Notes: generated from the letters alone by a model not told the origin. 64,000 nt of DNA from Alphaproteobacteria bacterium UBA830 (GCA_002295635.1 DBHK01000017.1:25396-89395), one strand, 5' to 3'. Shown: positions 41,081 to 52,450, counted from the stretch's first letter. Program-made: numbers and translations.

Positions 41081-42481
41081 TCAGAAATCAGGCGGTTCTA
41101 TCCCGCTGGACCGGATCTGCTGGACAAGCGCATTTTTTACACGTTCTAGCCCTTTAAGCGTTCCGGCCTCGCACCGGGCGACGAGTGCATCTTGCGTATT
41201 CGATGACCGAAGAAGCCACCAACCGTCTTCTGATATTACGCGGACACCGTCAATATCCACGAAATTTGCGCCTAATTTAGACAGCCGGTCACGGACCTCC
41301 TCAACTACCGCCAACTTGCGGTCCTCTGCGCATGGAAAGCGTAGCTCCGGCGTATTTAACATTTTCGGCAAAGACCTCCGGATATCAGCAAGTGTTTCTT
41401 CACGATTTGCCAAACAGCCAAGCAGTCGCACGGCAGCGTAGAGTGCATCATCATATCCGAAATATCGATCGGCAAAAAAGATATGACCGCTCATTTCACC
41501 CGACAGCAGCGCCCCAGTCTCTGCCATCTTAGCTTTTATCAAAGAATGCCCCGTGCGCCACATCATTGGCCTGCCGCCCATCTCTGCCACCCGGTCGAAC
41601 AAAACTTGGCTGGCTTTGACATCCGCTATAATTGTTGCCCCAGGATTATATGTCAGAACATCTTCCGCCCAGATGGTCATCAATTGATCGCCCCACAAGA
41701 TTTCTCCCTCGCTGTCGATAACCCCAATTCTGTCACCGTCGCCATCAAAGGCTATTCCAAGATCACAGTTTTGCACCAAGACGACGTCACGTAACTGCCG
41801 CATATTTTCTACCACTGTGGGATCTGGATGATGCGCCGGAAAGCTGCCGTCGATCTTTTCATTTAAAAGGAAATGCTCGCCGGGCAACTGCGCGGTCACC
41901 TGAACCATCGCCTCCCCTGCGGCACCATTTCCGGCGTCCCACGCCACCCTTAGATCGCGGCCATCTCGATAGTCTTGTAGAATGCGTTCAACATAGTGGC
42001 CAAGCATCGGGTTTTTTCGAACCGTGCCCTCGCCGGATGCATATCTACCCGCCGAAGCGATACGATCGAGGTTAGTGATATCGGCGCCGTAGAAGGGCTT
42101 AGCACCCCGCATCATCTTAAAACCGTTATACTCTGGGGGATTATGTGATCCGGATATCATGATTCCCCCGGCCGCATTCAACCTGTTAACCGAAAAGTAT
42201 AGCATTGGTGTGGGACCCAGACCTACACGGACTACCTCAAGCCCACACGCCGTTAGTCCATCGACTGTAGCGCACTCCATTTCCGGCGAACTCAGGCGCC
42301 CATCGTATCCCACGCATACTACACCTGCACCAGCGGAAGAAATTTCTGTACCGAATGCGCGCCCAATCACATAGGCATCTTCCGCGGTCAGTGTATCTCC
42401 TACGATTCCTCGTATATCGTACTCGCGAAGGATCGTCGAATTGAGGTTATGGGGCGTTCTCTGGCCTGCAAAACCCGTCAT
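41081..42481 (-). CDS. phosphomannomutase/phosphoglucomutase
   Basis: REYDIRG, SGSHNP phosphoserine loop, FDGDGDR, GEMSGH, RSSNTQ. Confidence 0.95.
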   Translation of the reverse strand: MTGFAGQRTPHNLNSTILREYDIRGIVGDTLTAEDAYVIGRAFGTEISSAGAGVVCVGYDGRLSSPEMECATVDGLTACGLEVVRVGLGPTPMLYFSVNRLNAAGGIMISGSHNPPEYNGFKMMRGAKPFYGADITNLDRIASAGRYASGEGTVRKNPMLGHYVERILQDYRDGRDLRVAWDAGNGAAGEAMVQVTAQLPGEHFLLNEKIDGSFPAHHPDPTVVENMRQLRDVVLVQNCDLGIAFDGDGDRIGVIDSEGEILWGDQLMTIWAEDVLTYNPGATIIADVKASQVLFDRVAEMGGRPMMWRTGHSLIKAKMAETGALLSGEMSGHIFFADRYFGYDDALYAAVRLLGCLANREETLADIRRSLPKMLNTPELRFPCAEDRKLAVVEEVRDRLSKLGANFVDIDGVRVISEDGWWLLRSSNTQDALVARCEAGTLKGLERVKNALVQQIRSSGIEPPDF

Positions 42482-43800
42482 GGCCGGGCGATCACTGGAT
42501 CACGGCCAACGCTATAATAATCAAACCCCGCTTTGATTATTTCATCCGATTTGTAAATATTTCGGAGATCGACCAGCAGCGGCGTTTCCATTAGTTTTTT
42601 TACACGCCCCAAGTCAAGTAAACGAAATTCGTTCCACTCCGTAATAATCACGAGTGCGTCCGCACCATCCATTGTCTGATAGGCATTTTCACAGAAAATC
42701 GTTTCCGGAAGCATTTCCCTCGCTTCTTCCATCCCCTGCGGGTCAAATGCCCTCACCATCGCCCCAGCTTTATGGAGGGAAGGCAGAATCACGAGGCTAG
42801 GGCTGTCACGCATATCATTGGTATTTGGTTTAAATGTCAGCCCTAAAACCGCGATCGTTTTACCTTTCACTGATCCGCCACAAGCAGAAACAATCTTATC
42901 TACCATCTGGTGCTTTCGTTCATCGTTCACCTGAACGACTGCCTCCACAATTCGCAGAGGCGCATCGAAATCCCGAGCCGTTTTTACAAGTGCTAGCGTA
43001 TCCTTTGGAAAGCAGGATCCACCATATCCAGGTCCGGCATGCAGGAATTTACTACCGATGCGCCCATCTAGTCCTATCCCTCGTGCAACCTCTTGTACAT
43101 TGGCGCCAACTTTCTCACAAAGATCGGCAATCTCATTAATGAAGGTAATCTTCGCGGCTAGAAAAGTATTCGCGGCATACTTGATAAGTTCGGCGGTTTC
43201 GATCTTGGTGTAGAGGATCGGCGTTTCCATCAAATATAGAGGCCGATAGAGTTGCCGCAGAACATCTGAAGCTCTTTCGGCATCAGTACCTATCACGACG
43301 CGGTCCGGACGCATAAAATCTTCAATAGCGGATCCCTCGCGCAGAAATTCTGGGTTTGAGGCAACGTCAAATTTGTCGGCAGAACGAATTTCTCTAATGA
43401 TGCGGTAGACCTCGTCGCCGGTCCCGACCGGGACTGTCGATTTGGTTACTATGACAGTATAGTCGTCTATCGCATTCCCAATCTCGGCAGCGGCCGCGTA
43501 GACGTAAGAAAGATCGGCATGCCCATCGTCTTCTTTTGTCGGCGTGCCAACGGCTATGAATACAGCGTCCGCACCTTTAACCGCGACATCCAAATCTGTG
43601 GTGAAACCCAACCTACCAGCCTCAACATTTTTGGTGACAAGAGCATCAAGGCCAGGTTCATAAATAGGCATGACACCAGCCTTCAGGCGGTTAATTTTTT
43701 CGGCATCCTTATCAACACATACTACTTCTGTACCAAATTCAGAAAAACATGCGCCTGACACAAGTCCCACATAGCCCGTTCCAATCATCGCAATTCGCAT
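42478..43800 (-). CDS. ugd: UDP-glucose 6-dehydrogenase
   Basis: GTGYVGL, KSTVPVGT, NPEFLREG, GYGGSCFPKD, FKPNT.DMRDSP. Confidence 0.96.
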   Translation of the reverse strand: MRIAMIGTGYVGLVSGACFSEFGTEVVCVDKDAEKINRLKAGVMPIYEPGLDALVTKNVEAGRLGFTTDLDVAVKGADAVFIAVGTPTKEDDGHADLSYVYAAAAEIGNAIDDYTVIVTKSTVPVGTGDEVYRIIREIRSADKFDVASNPEFLREGSAIEDFMRPDRVVIGTDAERASDVLRQLYRPLYLMETPILYTKIETAELIKYAANTFLAAKITFINEIADLCEKVGANVQEVARGIGLDGRIGSKFLHAGPGYGGSCFPKDTLALVKTARDFDAPLRIVEAVVQVNDERKHQMVDKIVSACGGSVKGKTIAVLGLTFKPNTNDMRDSPSLVILPSLHKAGAMVRAFDPQGMEEAREMLPETIFCENAYQTMDGADALVIITEWNEFRLLDLGRVKKLMETPLLVDLRNIYKSDEIIKAGFDYYSVGRDPVIARP

Positions 43801-43818
43801 AGTTCACTCCATCTCAGA

Positions 43819-44703
43819 TCAACGCTCTGAATGTGCCGCGTATCTGTCTATCACTTCCTGAACCTGATCTCGGAGTTCCGTTCGCTCTAGAGCGAACGCA
43901 ACATTGGCTTCAAAAAAACCGGTCTTGTCCCCGCAATCGAAACGAATACCATCGAAGCGGAGCCCGTGAAACGGCGAATCACCAATCATCCGGGCCATAG
44001 AGTCTGTCAGTTGGATCTCGCCACCGGCGCCTTTTTTCCGCTGGCTCAAGTACTCGAATACCTCCGGTAGCAAAATATAGCGACCAATGATGCTGATGGC
44101 GGACGGAGCATCGTTAGGTTCCGGTTTTTCTACCATGCCGGCAACCTCAACTAAAACGCCATCATCGGAACCGACCTCCAAGATACCGTAGCGTCTAGTT
44201 TGTTCCCTCGGCACTTCCATGACAGCGACCACATTCCCACCGGTTTGGTCGTACACATCGATCAACTGTTTAATACAAGGGGTTTCCGACATTACTAAAT
44301 CGTCAGCTAGCAGCACGGCAAACGGTTCATCCCCAACCAGTTCGCGTGCACACCAGATCGCATGTCCCAAACCCATAGGCTCCTGCTGACGAGTGTAGGC
44401 AACTCGGCCAGGCTCAAGTACTGGAATATCTATTGCATGTAGCTCCGCTTCTTTACCCCGCTCTCCCAGAACCTGGCGGAGTTCAAAACTGTAGTCGAAG
44501 AAATCTTCGATAGCAGCCTTACCACGACCCGTGACGAAAATTATTTCCTCGATCCCGGCAGCTAAAGCTTCTTCGACCGCATACTGTATAAGCGGCTTGT
44601 CGACTACTGGGAGCATTTCCTTAGGCATGGCTTTGGTCGCAGGCAAAAACCTGGTGCCAAGCCCGCCGACGGGAAATACCGCCTTTCTTAATCTTTTAAC
44701 CAC
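43819..44703 (-). CDS. galU: UTP--glucose-1-phosphate uridylyltransferase
   Basis: KAVFPVGGLGTRFLPATKAMPKEML, GLGHA, VEKP, GEIQLTD. Confidence 0.97.
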   Translation of the reverse strand: MVKRLRKAVFPVGGLGTRFLPATKAMPKEMLPVVDKPLIQYAVEEALAAGIEEIIFVTGRGKAAIEDFFDYSFELRQVLGERGKEAELHAIDIPVLEPGRVAYTRQQEPMGLGHAIWCARELVGDEPFAVLLADDLVMSETPCIKQLIDVYDQTGGNVVAVMEVPREQTRRYGILEVGSDDGVLVEVAGMVEKPEPNDAPSAISIIGRYILLPEVFEYLSQRKKGAGGEIQLTDSMARMIGDSPFHGLRFDGIRFDCGDKTGFFEANVAFALERTELRDQVQEVIDRYAAHSER

Positions 44704-44851
44704 TGGCTATTCCCCATCGAATGCGGGCACTGATCTTGAGTTTTTGAAGCACATGAATTCGACCGAGTTTGTGCCACGGGCCATTCGGGTATGCAAGCAA
44801 CGCCAAGGCGATTAAAGAAAGTACCGTGGTTTAACCAACAAGTACCGATAG

Positions 44852-45559
44852 CTAGCCGGAGGGAAGGAGTGTATCTTTGGCCCGGTTGATCTGCGCAGCG
44901 AGCCAAGTTGATCCACCGCGATCAGGGTGGTTAGATTTGAGCAACATCCGATGGGCTTCTCTTATCTGATGGTCTGTTGCCCCGGGTTGCAAGCCGAGAA
45001 TTTCATACGCCTGACCCGGAGTCATAGAGCTATCTCTGGCCGCCGACCTGTCATTACTACGAGCCTCACCGGATCCCTCACGCCACTTTGTACCGTGAAC
45101 GCGATCAAGATAGGTTTCTAGGACATCTGCCGACCGAGGATCCTGCACCCGGCATTCATGAAGCAAATCTACAATGTCATCGACCAGCATTTCCTCCAAA
45201 AGGTGTCCTTCGAAGGTGCCCCTCAGAACTGTCCCTCTTAAAATTCCAGTATCGTGCTCCAGGATCATGCGGAGATAGGCGGTCTCAATATCAGATTGTC
45301 TTCCCGGTGTAGGGCCTCGCATATTACTAAGAATTTGCATGATGGAGCGCCATCGCCATATCATCGGTAGTAGAAACAACAACCAAGCAAGCGGACCAAA
45401 CCGCCCACTAATCACGAGGAATGCAATCACTGCCGCGGCAGATATACCAACGAGGGCCACCAGCACACGTTGCATATTTATAGATCGCGTTTTCCGCAAG
45501 CCGCGTATGACTAGAAAGATACCAAGGACAATCGCAAGCCCGAGAATAAAATACGACAT
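44852..45559 (-). CDS. membrane-anchored J-domain protein (Pam18/Tim14/TimB-like C-terminal J domain)
   Basis: Three N-terminal hydrophobic segments; C-terminal AYEILGL...IREAHRMLLKSNHPDRGGSTWLAAQINRAKDTL. Confidence 0.88.
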   Translation of the reverse strand: MSYFILGLAIVLGIFLVIRGLRKTRSINMQRVLVALVGISAAAVIAFLVISGRFGPLAWLLFLLPMIWRWRSIMQILSNMRGPTPGRQSDIETAYLRMILEHDTGILRGTVLRGTFEGHLLEEMLVDDIVDLLHECRVQDPRSADVLETYLDRVHGTKWREGSGEARSNDRSAARDSSMTPGQAYEILGLQPGATDHQIREAHRMLLKSNHPDRGGSTWLAAQINRAKDTLLPSG

Positions 45560-45568
45560 AGCGACGGC

Positions 45569-46282
45569 TTAGCGAACTTGGTTTGTAATCATTTTTGCCG
45601 CGCCGCCCTTTTTATCTGAATATTTTTCAAGAGCTTTTCGACCGCCAGCAGCGAAAACCGCAACTGCCGATAGTAGTTCTTTGAGTTGCTTCGCCGACGA
45701 CAGATCAAAATTGCAGTACGCCCCGCCGGTTACTCTGGCAATCTGGCGGAATGCTCTCTCTGCGATAATGTCATTACCTTCCTGAAAGAGAAAAGCGGGG
45801 ACTCCGGCTACGCCAAGTTCGCCGGCTACGTCGCAGACTTCGTCTATTCCTTCTTCAAAACTATCACCAACAAACACAAGGGCGTTGACGCGTTTTGCTT
45901 TATTTTCGCGGATTGTATGTAGCAATATTTTTTTTATCTGAGTGCGTCCTCCAAGGCACCTAACGCCAGTCATTCGTCTTACAAGCTCGACTGATGAAGA
46001 AAGCCATGGACTGGATTTGCACTCACCAAACCCTCTAAAAAAAACAAGTTGAACGTCTAATCCACCCAAGCTACCTGCCGCATTGAACATTTCAGCCTGT
46101 ACGTGGCATGCCTGATCCCAAGAAGATTCTCGGCTGGCTGTAGCATCCATCGCAAATAGCAGACGACCGCGACCACGACCTGAATGGACCTTTGGAGTGG
46201 CCGCAACTTTTGCTAGAAAACTCGATACTTGGTCTGTATTTGCCGAATTCGGCAGGTTGATTTTCATCTTATCGCCGGACAT
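45569..46282 (-). CDS. VWA (MIDAS) domain protein
   Basis: LLFAMDATAS (DxTxS), GGRTQI, VFVGDSFEE, IARVTGGAY. Start placed at MSGDK. Confidence 0.85.
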   Translation of the reverse strand: MSGDKMKINLPNSANTDQVSSFLAKVAATPKVHSGRGRGRLLFAMDATASRESSWDQACHVQAEMFNAAGSLGGLDVQLVFFRGFGECKSSPWLSSSVELVRRMTGVRCLGGRTQIKKILLHTIRENKAKRVNALVFVGDSFEEGIDEVCDVAGELGVAGVPAFLFQEGNDIIAERAFRQIARVTGGAYCNFDLSSAKQLKELLSAVAVFAAGGRKALEKYSDKKGGAAKMITNQVR

Positions 46283-46383
46283 TCTATCACCTACACCGCC
46301 TGACAGGTCTGAAATAATACCATTATGCGAGTAATTCCAGTCTAGCGATAATGCCAGCCGAAAATAACCAATGGAAAGCCAAT

Positions 46384-47148
46384 ATGCCGAAAACACCGGG
46401 TTTCTTCCATAACCGCACCATTTTGGTCACCGGCGGCGCTAGCGGGATCGGCCGCGCGACAGCAGAAATTTTCGCGCGCGAAGGCTCAAACGTGATCGTT
46501 GCTGATATCGACGGATACGGCGCCAAGATCGTTGCCGAGAGTATTCGCTCGTCGAATGTTAGTTCCGAAGCAGTAGCGGTCGATGTCACCGATCGACGCT
46601 CCGTAGACAACATGATCGCCGCCGGGGTGGCATCTTTCGATCGGATTGACTACCTCTTTAATAGCGCTGGTTCGGCCGGCCGACGATCGTCATTTCTCGA
46701 TATTGACGCCGATCTGTGGCGGCAAACATATAGTCTAAACGTAGATGGTGTTTTTAACACTATGCAATCGATCCTTCCGCACATGTTGGACAACGGATAC
46801 GGCGTAATTGTTAATATCGCTAGTATGGCTCACCGCCGAGGCGGTCCCGGCCACTCGACACATTATGCGTCCGCTAAAGGCGCCGTGGTGACGTTGACTA
46901 TGGGGGTTGCCCGGGAGTTTGTAGAAAAGGGTATTCGCGCAGTATCTATCTCCCCGGGGCCAATAGATACTGCTTTTCAGTCGATTTCCTCTCCGGATCT
47001 CAAGCAAAGGATGACTGATGATGTGCCGATGAAAAGAATGGGAAAACCGGAAGAAATAGGCGAAATGGCGCTATTCATCTGCTCTGACGCGTGCGAATTT
47101 ATGACAGCAGATACGATATATATAAATGGTGGCGGCGGGTTCCGCTAG
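46384..47148 (+). CDS. SDR family oxidoreductase
   Basis: TGGASGIG, FNSAG, YASAK, SPGPIDT. Confidence 0.92.
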   Translation: MPKTPGFFHNRTILVTGGASGIGRATAEIFAREGSNVIVADIDGYGAKIVAESIRSSNVSSEAVAVDVTDRRSVDNMIAAGVASFDRIDYLFNSAGSAGRRSSFLDIDADLWRQTYSLNVDGVFNTMQSILPHMLDNGYGVIVNIASMAHRRGGPGHSTHYASAKGAVVTLTMGVAREFVEKGIRAVSISPGPIDTAFQSISSPDLKQRMTDDVPMKRMGKPEEIGEMALFICSDACEFMTADTIYINGGGGFR

Positions 47149-47161
47149 AAGGAGCTCAAAT

Positions 47162-47383
47162 ATGAATGGATCGAAACATCAAGAATCGAGATTTGACGCG
47201 CTCGAAGAGCATATCGCTCACCAAGACCAAATAATAGATGAACTTAGTGAGATGGCCGCGAAACAATGGACAGAGATTATCGACCTAAAACAGCATCTCA
47301 AGGTGCTCATTGATAAATTGCAGGAAATAGAGGCAGAGCCCTCTGACAACCACACTGACCGACCTCCTCCACCGCATTATTGA
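47162..47383 (+). CDS. slyX: SlyX family protein
   Basis: LEEHIAHQDQIIDELS coiled coil and C-terminal PPPHY; AAGGAG SD. Confidence 0.9.
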   Translation: MNGSKHQESRFDALEEHIAHQDQIIDELSEMAAKQWTEIIDLKQHLKVLIDKLQEIEAEPSDNHTDRPPPPHY

Positions 47384-47639
47384 GACGGCTACAACGCATC
47401 CCAGACTTCAACCAAGAAGTGGTTAATATCTCGAATTAGGTAGCATTGGCTTTGATATTTACTCTCAATCTACCAGGTATAAGGGACATTAAACTCACGC
47501 CATATCACGTCCTTAGAAGAAATTTTTACAAAAAGGTAAATTCTTCTCAGAACACTAAAATCGGGCGGTCTAAACCTTTCCGGAGTTTCAAGCGGGATTC
47601 CGCGTGAGATTCGCCGCCGTCTGCGCTAAGCAGGTAGTG

Positions 47640-47882
47640 ATGAAAGTGCGAGTCCATATCACCCTCAAAATTGGTGTGCTCGACCCTCAAGGAAAGGCTA
47701 TCGAACACGCCCTCGGCCGGCTTGGGTTCTCCGGTATTAACGAGGTTCGTCAGGGGAAGTATATCGAACTCGAACTTGCTGAAAATGACGCCGCGGCGGC
47801 ACGAACCTTAGTGCAGGAGATGTGTGAAAAACTTCTTGCCAACACCGTCATCGAAAATTACGAGATTGATGTTGAAGGATGA
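47640..47882 (+). CDS. purS: phosphoribosylformylglycinamidine synthase subunit PurS
   Basis: [29 protein letters not shown]. Confidence 0.98.
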   Translation: MKVRVHITLKIGVLDPQGKAIEHALGRLGFSGINEVRQGKYIELELAENDAAAARTLVQEMCEKLLANTVIENYEIDVEG

Positions 47883-48577
47883 AGGCAGCCGTAATTGTCT
47901 CCCCAGGTTCCAACTGCGACCGCGATATTCAGGTGGCATTGCGACAGAGCGCGGGCGTCGAGCCAATCATGCATTGGCACAAAGATCCTGATCTACCGGT
48001 TGTAGATATGATTGTGATACCTGGTGGATTCTCCTTCGGCGATTACCTTCGCGCCGGAGCGATGGCCGCTCACTCGTCAGTAATTCGCGAGGTCATAGTC
48101 CGTGCCAAAAGCGGTGTTCCAATCCTAGGAATTTGTAATGGGTTTCAGATTCTTACCGAATGTGGCTTACTTCCCGGTGTCCTGATGCGCAACGCCCAAC
48201 TAAAATTTATCTGTCGCGACGTCGACCTGCGTGTCGAGGCCGCAGACACCGTGTTTACGCGTTCTTATCTCGATGGACAGGTCATTCGGATTCCAGTTGC
48301 TCATAACGAGGGAAACTATTTTGCCGACGACGATACGCTTAATCGGCTGGACGGGGAAAACCGAGTAGCATTCCGCTACTGCACACCGAATGGTAATATA
48401 ATCGACGGTGCCAACCCAAATGGCGCCGCCCGAAATATTGCTGGAATTCTGAACGAAAATCGCAACGTCCTCGGCATGATGCCACATCCGGAACGGCTCG
48501 CTGATACCGCGTTGGGCGGAACTGATGGTCGGCCGATGTTTGACAGTCTCGTCGAAGTACTGTCGGGGATCTCATGA
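47879..48577 (+). CDS. purQ: FGAM synthase glutaminase subunit PurQ
   Basis: [31 protein letters not shown]. Confidence 0.98.
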   Translation: MKAAVIVSPGSNCDRDIQVALRQSAGVEPIMHWHKDPDLPVVDMIVIPGGFSFGDYLRAGAMAAHSSVIREVIVRAKSGVPILGICNGFQILTECGLLPGVLMRNAQLKFICRDVDLRVEAADTVFTRSYLDGQVIRIPVAHNEGNYFADDDTLNRLDGENRVAFRYCTPNGNIIDGANPNGAARNIAGILNENRNVLGMMPHPERLADTALGGTDGRPMFDSLVEVLSGIS

Positions 48578-50772
48578 TCGAGATATCCTCTCAAATCATT
48601 GCCGATCATGGCCTTACGCCTACGGAATACGATCGCGTTCTCGAAATTATGGGCCGCGCACCAAATCATACCGAACTGGGTGTTTTCTCGGTTATGTGGT
48701 CTGAGCATTGTTCATATAAGTCTTCAAAATTCTGGCTGAAAAAGCTGCCGACGGAAGCACCCTGGGTAATCTGTGGACCGGGAGAGAACGCTGGCGTAAT
48801 CGATATCGGGGACGGTAAGGCCTGTATTTTTAAGATGGAAAGCCACAATCATCCGTCATTTATCGAACCATACCAAGGGGCAGCAACCGGGGTTGGTGGC
48901 ATCCTACGCGACGTTTTTACAATGGGAGCGCGGCCGATTGCTAATATGAACGCACTACGTTTCGGCGAACCAAGTCATCCAAAAACCCGCCACTTGGTTA
49001 ACGGTGTGGTTTCTGGAATCGGTAGCTACGGTAACTGTATCGGCGTTCCAACCGTTGGCGGAGAGATAAATTTCGACTCGAGCTACAATGGCAATATCAT
49101 TGTAAATGCCATGACGGTCGGGATTGCCGATACCGATAAGATTTTCTACTCCGCCGCGGCGGGGGTCGGTAATGCAGTCGTATATGTCGGCTCCAAGACC
49201 GGCCGTGACGGTATCCATGGTGCCACCATGGCTTCAGCCGAGTTCGATGAAGATTCAGACGGGAAGCGGCCCACGGTGCAGGTGGGGGATCCTTTTACCG
49301 AGAAGCTCTTATTAGAGGCCTGCCTTGAGTTGATGTCGACTGACGCGATTATCGCTATCCAGGACATGGGCGCGGCGGGACTAACCTCTTCGTCGGTAGA
49401 GATGTCGGATAAAGGTGGCGTTGGTATTGAATTTGACCTTGACCTAGTACCCGTTCGTGAAGAGGCCATGACACCGTATGAGATAATGCTCTCGGAAAGC
49501 CAAGAACGTATGTTAATGGTTCTCAAGCCCGGCCGAGAGGAAATGGCGCAGAAAATCTTCGAAAAATGGGAACTCGATTTTGCTGTTATAGGTCGGGTGA
49601 CGGATACCAACCGACTTGTCCTGAAATTCGCTGGCGAGGTTGTATGCGATATTCCGGTCCCACCGCTAGTCGCTGGAGCGCCTGAATATGAACGCCCGTG
49701 GGTGCGTACCCCGCCATCTCCGGGTTTAACAGCGGAAGAGGCTTTGCACGGATTCGACCTAACCCCGGAGGAAGCATTGATCGAGATGATGGCATCTCCT
49801 GACCTCTGTTCTCGCCGCTGGGTATGGGAGCAATACGACCACATGGTGATGGGCGATACGGTGCAGAGACCGGGCGGAGATGCAGCAGTAGTACGCGTTC
49901 ACGGCACAGATCGCGGTCTTGCTATCACCACAGACTGTACACCTCGATACTGCGTCGCCGACCCTGTCGGGGGTGGGCGCCAAGCAGTTTCCGAGGCATG
50001 GCGTAACTTAATAGCATGCGGTGCAAAACCACTAGCTATTACGGATAACATGAATTTCGGGAACCCCGAACGTCCGGAGATCATGGGTCAGTTTGTCGGA
50101 TGCATCGAAGGCATGAGAGAGGCGTGTATCGCGCTGGATTTCCCGGTCGTCTCAGGAAATGTCTCCCTCTACAATGAGACCAACGGTTCTGGAATCCTTC
50201 CTACTCCAGCTATTGGTGGTGTCGGGCTAATCGAGGATATCACAACAAAGATGGTGTCGCCTGCCTTCGCAGCAGAGGGCGAAGACATAGTGTTGATCGG
50301 CGAAACCGTGGGCCATCTCGGCCGATCCCTCTTCCTACGCCACTATAAAGAACAAAGTATCGGCGCGCCTCCCCCGGTCGATCTTTTTACGGAACGTCGA
50401 AATGGTGATTTCGTTCACGAACATACTGAGATCAATGCATTAACGGCCTGTCACGATTTGTCGGACGGAGGTTTGTTGGTCGCGATTGCTGAGATGGCGC
50501 TCGCCGGAAACATAGGTGCGCACCTCTTCTCCGCGCCCAACAATATACCTCCACTCGCCTGGTGGTTTGGAGAGGATCAGTCACGGTATCTTATTACCCT
50601 CGAAAATTCGAAGAACTTACTAACCGCGGCCAATACTCGCGGCGTCGCGGCCCGATTGATAGGACGTACTGGGAGCTCGGAGTTGACCCTAGCTAATGGC
50701 AACTCTATACCCCTCTCACATATACGGAATGCTCATGAAAACTGGCTTCCCCGCTATATGACGGCCAACTAA
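48574..50772 (+). CDS. purL: FGAM synthase subunit PurL
   Basis: [40 protein letters not shown]. Confidence 0.99.
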   Translation: MIEISSQIIADHGLTPTEYDRVLEIMGRAPNHTELGVFSVMWSEHCSYKSSKFWLKKLPTEAPWVICGPGENAGVIDIGDGKACIFKMESHNHPSFIEPYQGAATGVGGILRDVFTMGARPIANMNALRFGEPSHPKTRHLVNGVVSGIGSYGNCIGVPTVGGEINFDSSYNGNIIVNAMTVGIADTDKIFYSAAAGVGNAVVYVGSKTGRDGIHGATMASAEFDEDSDGKRPTVQVGDPFTEKLLLEACLELMSTDAIIAIQDMGAAGLTSSSVEMSDKGGVGIEFDLDLVPVREEAMTPYEIMLSESQERMLMVLKPGREEMAQKIFEKWELDFAVIGRVTDTNRLVLKFAGEVVCDIPVPPLVAGAPEYERPWVRTPPSPGLTAEEALHGFDLTPEEALIEMMASPDLCSRRWVWEQYDHMVMGDTVQRPGGDAAVVRVHGTDRGLAITTDCTPRYCVADPVGGGRQAVSEAWRNLIACGAKPLAITDNMNFGNPERPEIMGQFVGCIEGMREACIALDFPVVSGNVSLYNETNGSGILPTPAIGGVGLIEDITTKMVSPAFAAEGEDIVLIGETVGHLGRSLFLRHYKEQSIGAPPPVDLFTERRNGDFVHEHTEINALTACHDLSDGGLLVAIAEMALAGNIGAHLFSAPNNIPPLAWWFGEDQSRYLITLENSKNLLTAANTRGVAARLIGRTGSSELTLANGNSIPLSHIRNAHENWLPRYMTAN

Positions 50773-50826
50773 AGGCTGAGGAAACAAACACGAACGAATT
50801 AGAGAGATAGATAAGGGAAACAAGCT

Positions 50827-51066
50827 ATGCCGATGGATGCAGGTATGATTGAAGGCCTGATCAAGGAGAGCATTCCTGATGCGGAGGTCACCATTCAGGA
50901 CCTCGCGGGGGACGGCGATCATTACGCTGCCTTGGTCGTTTCCAGTACATTCAACGGCAAAACCCGAGTGCAACAGCATCAAATGGTCTATCAGGCACTA
51001 GAGGGACGTATGGGCGGCGAGCTCCATGCGCTGGCTCTCCAGACTAGTACCCCTAAGGATACTTAA
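50827..51066 (+). CDS. BolA family protein
   Basis: GDGDHY, F.GK.RVQQHQMVY, ELHAL.L.T. Confidence 0.95.
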   Translation: MPMDAGMIEGLIKESIPDAEVTIQDLAGDGDHYAALVVSSTFNGKTRVQQHQMVYQALEGRMGGELHALALQTSTPKDT

Positions 51067-51096
51067 TCCGGAACCCAATTTAGAGGAATAACTGCA

Positions 51097-51444
51097 ATGA
51101 GCGAACACCCTGTATTCGAACGTATAAAAGACGAAGTCGAAAAAAATGAAGTCGTTCTTTTTATGAAGGGTACACCCGTCTTTCCGCAATGCGGATTCTC
51201 TTCGGTTTGTGTCCAGATTCTAGGTAACCTTGGTATTCCCTTCACGAGCGTCAACGTGCTTGAAGACCAAGAAGTCCGAGAGGGCATTAAGGCCTATTCG
51301 GACTGGCCCACCATTCCGCAACTCTACGTGAAAGGAGAATTTGTGGGGGGCTGCGATATTATTCGCGAGATGTACGAATCCGGTGAACTTTTGGAATACT
51401 TCAATACCAATGGAATTAACGTCCAGCTTGCCAATCCAGAGTGA
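51097..51444 (+). CDS. grxD: monothiol glutaredoxin Grx4
   Basis: [26 protein letters not shown]. Confidence 0.97.
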   Translation: MSEHPVFERIKDEVEKNEVVLFMKGTPVFPQCGFSSVCVQILGNLGIPFTSVNVLEDQEVREGIKAYSDWPTIPQLYVKGEFVGGCDIIREMYESGELLEYFNTNGINVQLANPE

Positions 51445-51477
51445 CTAGCCGGGTATGAACCGAGTCGATTTTCACCG

Positions 51478-51759
51478 ATGCGCCGGATGCGAAAAAAGTC
51501 CTTAATTCTCCATGCACAGCTACCGCTGATCATACTGGCTCTGACAGGCTGTAGCGGTGCCAAAGACCTCGCGAAAGTTTCCCCAAAGTTGCATTTAGCT
51601 TGCCAAACAATCTTATGCGAGTGCCGCACAAAACCCAGAAACGTTTTTGCCACCCCGAAAACTACAGATATTATCTGGCACCTAAATGGAAACGCCAGTT
51701 GCCCCGCCAACTATGTGTTGGAACGAGTCAAATTAGATTTCCTGGGGCGTAGAAATTAG
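51478..51759 (+). CDS. small Cys-rich hypothetical lipoprotein
   Basis: Basic N-terminus, hydrophobic core, lipobox LTGC, then four further Cys (CxxxxCxC...C). Confidence 0.6.
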   Translation: MRRMRKKSLILHAQLPLIILALTGCSGAKDLAKVSPKLHLACQTILCECRTKPRNVFATPKTTDIIWHLNGNASCPANYVLERVKLDFLGRRN

Positions 51760-51832
51760 GATTCCGGCCACGGCAGTAGAAAAACCTCTACAGACAAGCT
51801 TGCGCAGTTTTTCACTGATATCCCTAATCAAA

Positions 51833-52450
51833 TTAACGTGAGTAGAATTCTATGACGAGGTTGGGTTCCATTTGGACCGGATAGGGCACCTCAGCAAATC
51901 CTGGTACGCGTAGAAACTTGCCCTGCATTTTGCCATGATCAACTTCCATGTATTCCGGTACATCCCGCTCCGGTAGCTGGCCGGCTTCAAGCACCATGGG
52001 AATGGTGCGAGACTTCTCTCGGACTTCAATCACGTCACCTTCCTTTACTCGATAAGAGGGGATAGTAACGCGGGCGCCATTTACGCGAACGTGGCCATGA
52101 TTGATAAATTGACGAGACGCGAAAACTGTCGGCACAAACTTCATGCGGTAGACTACAGCGTCTAGTCTCTGTTCGAGCAAACCGATAAGCGCCTCAACGG
52201 TATCGCCGCGACGCTTGACCGCTTCGCCGTAGATGCGGCGAAACTGTTTCTCGGTAATATTGCCGTAATAGCCTTTAAGTTTCTGCTTCGCCTGCAACTG
52301 CAATCCGAAATCAGACATCTTACTACGCCGCCGCTGACCGTGCTGTCCCGGGCCATATTCTCGGCTATTCCAAGGACTTTTTGGGCGACCCCATAGGTTG
52401 CAGCCTAAGCGCCGGTTAATCTTATATTTCGAGCGCACGCGTTTTGACAT
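51833..52450 (-). CDS. rpsD: 30S ribosomal protein S4
   Basis: [42 protein letters not shown]. Confidence 0.99.
   Translation of the reverse strand: MSKRVRSKYKINRRLGCNLWGRPKSPWNSREYGPGQHGQRRRSKMSDFGLQLQAKQKLKGYYGNITEKQFRRIYGEAVKRRGDTVEALIGLLEQRLDAVVYRMKFVPTVFASRQFINHGHVRVNGARVTIPSYRVKEGDVIEVREKSRTIPMVLEAGQLPERDVPEYMEVDHGKMQGKFLRVPGFAEVPYPVQMEPNLVIEFYSR

Noticed and set aside
47490-47630. Possible purC scar before purS (ISRP*KKF... and LSGVSSGIPREIRRRLR*)
   Set aside because: The resemblance to PurC termini is too weak to separate from chance, and the segment may simply be the purS promoter.
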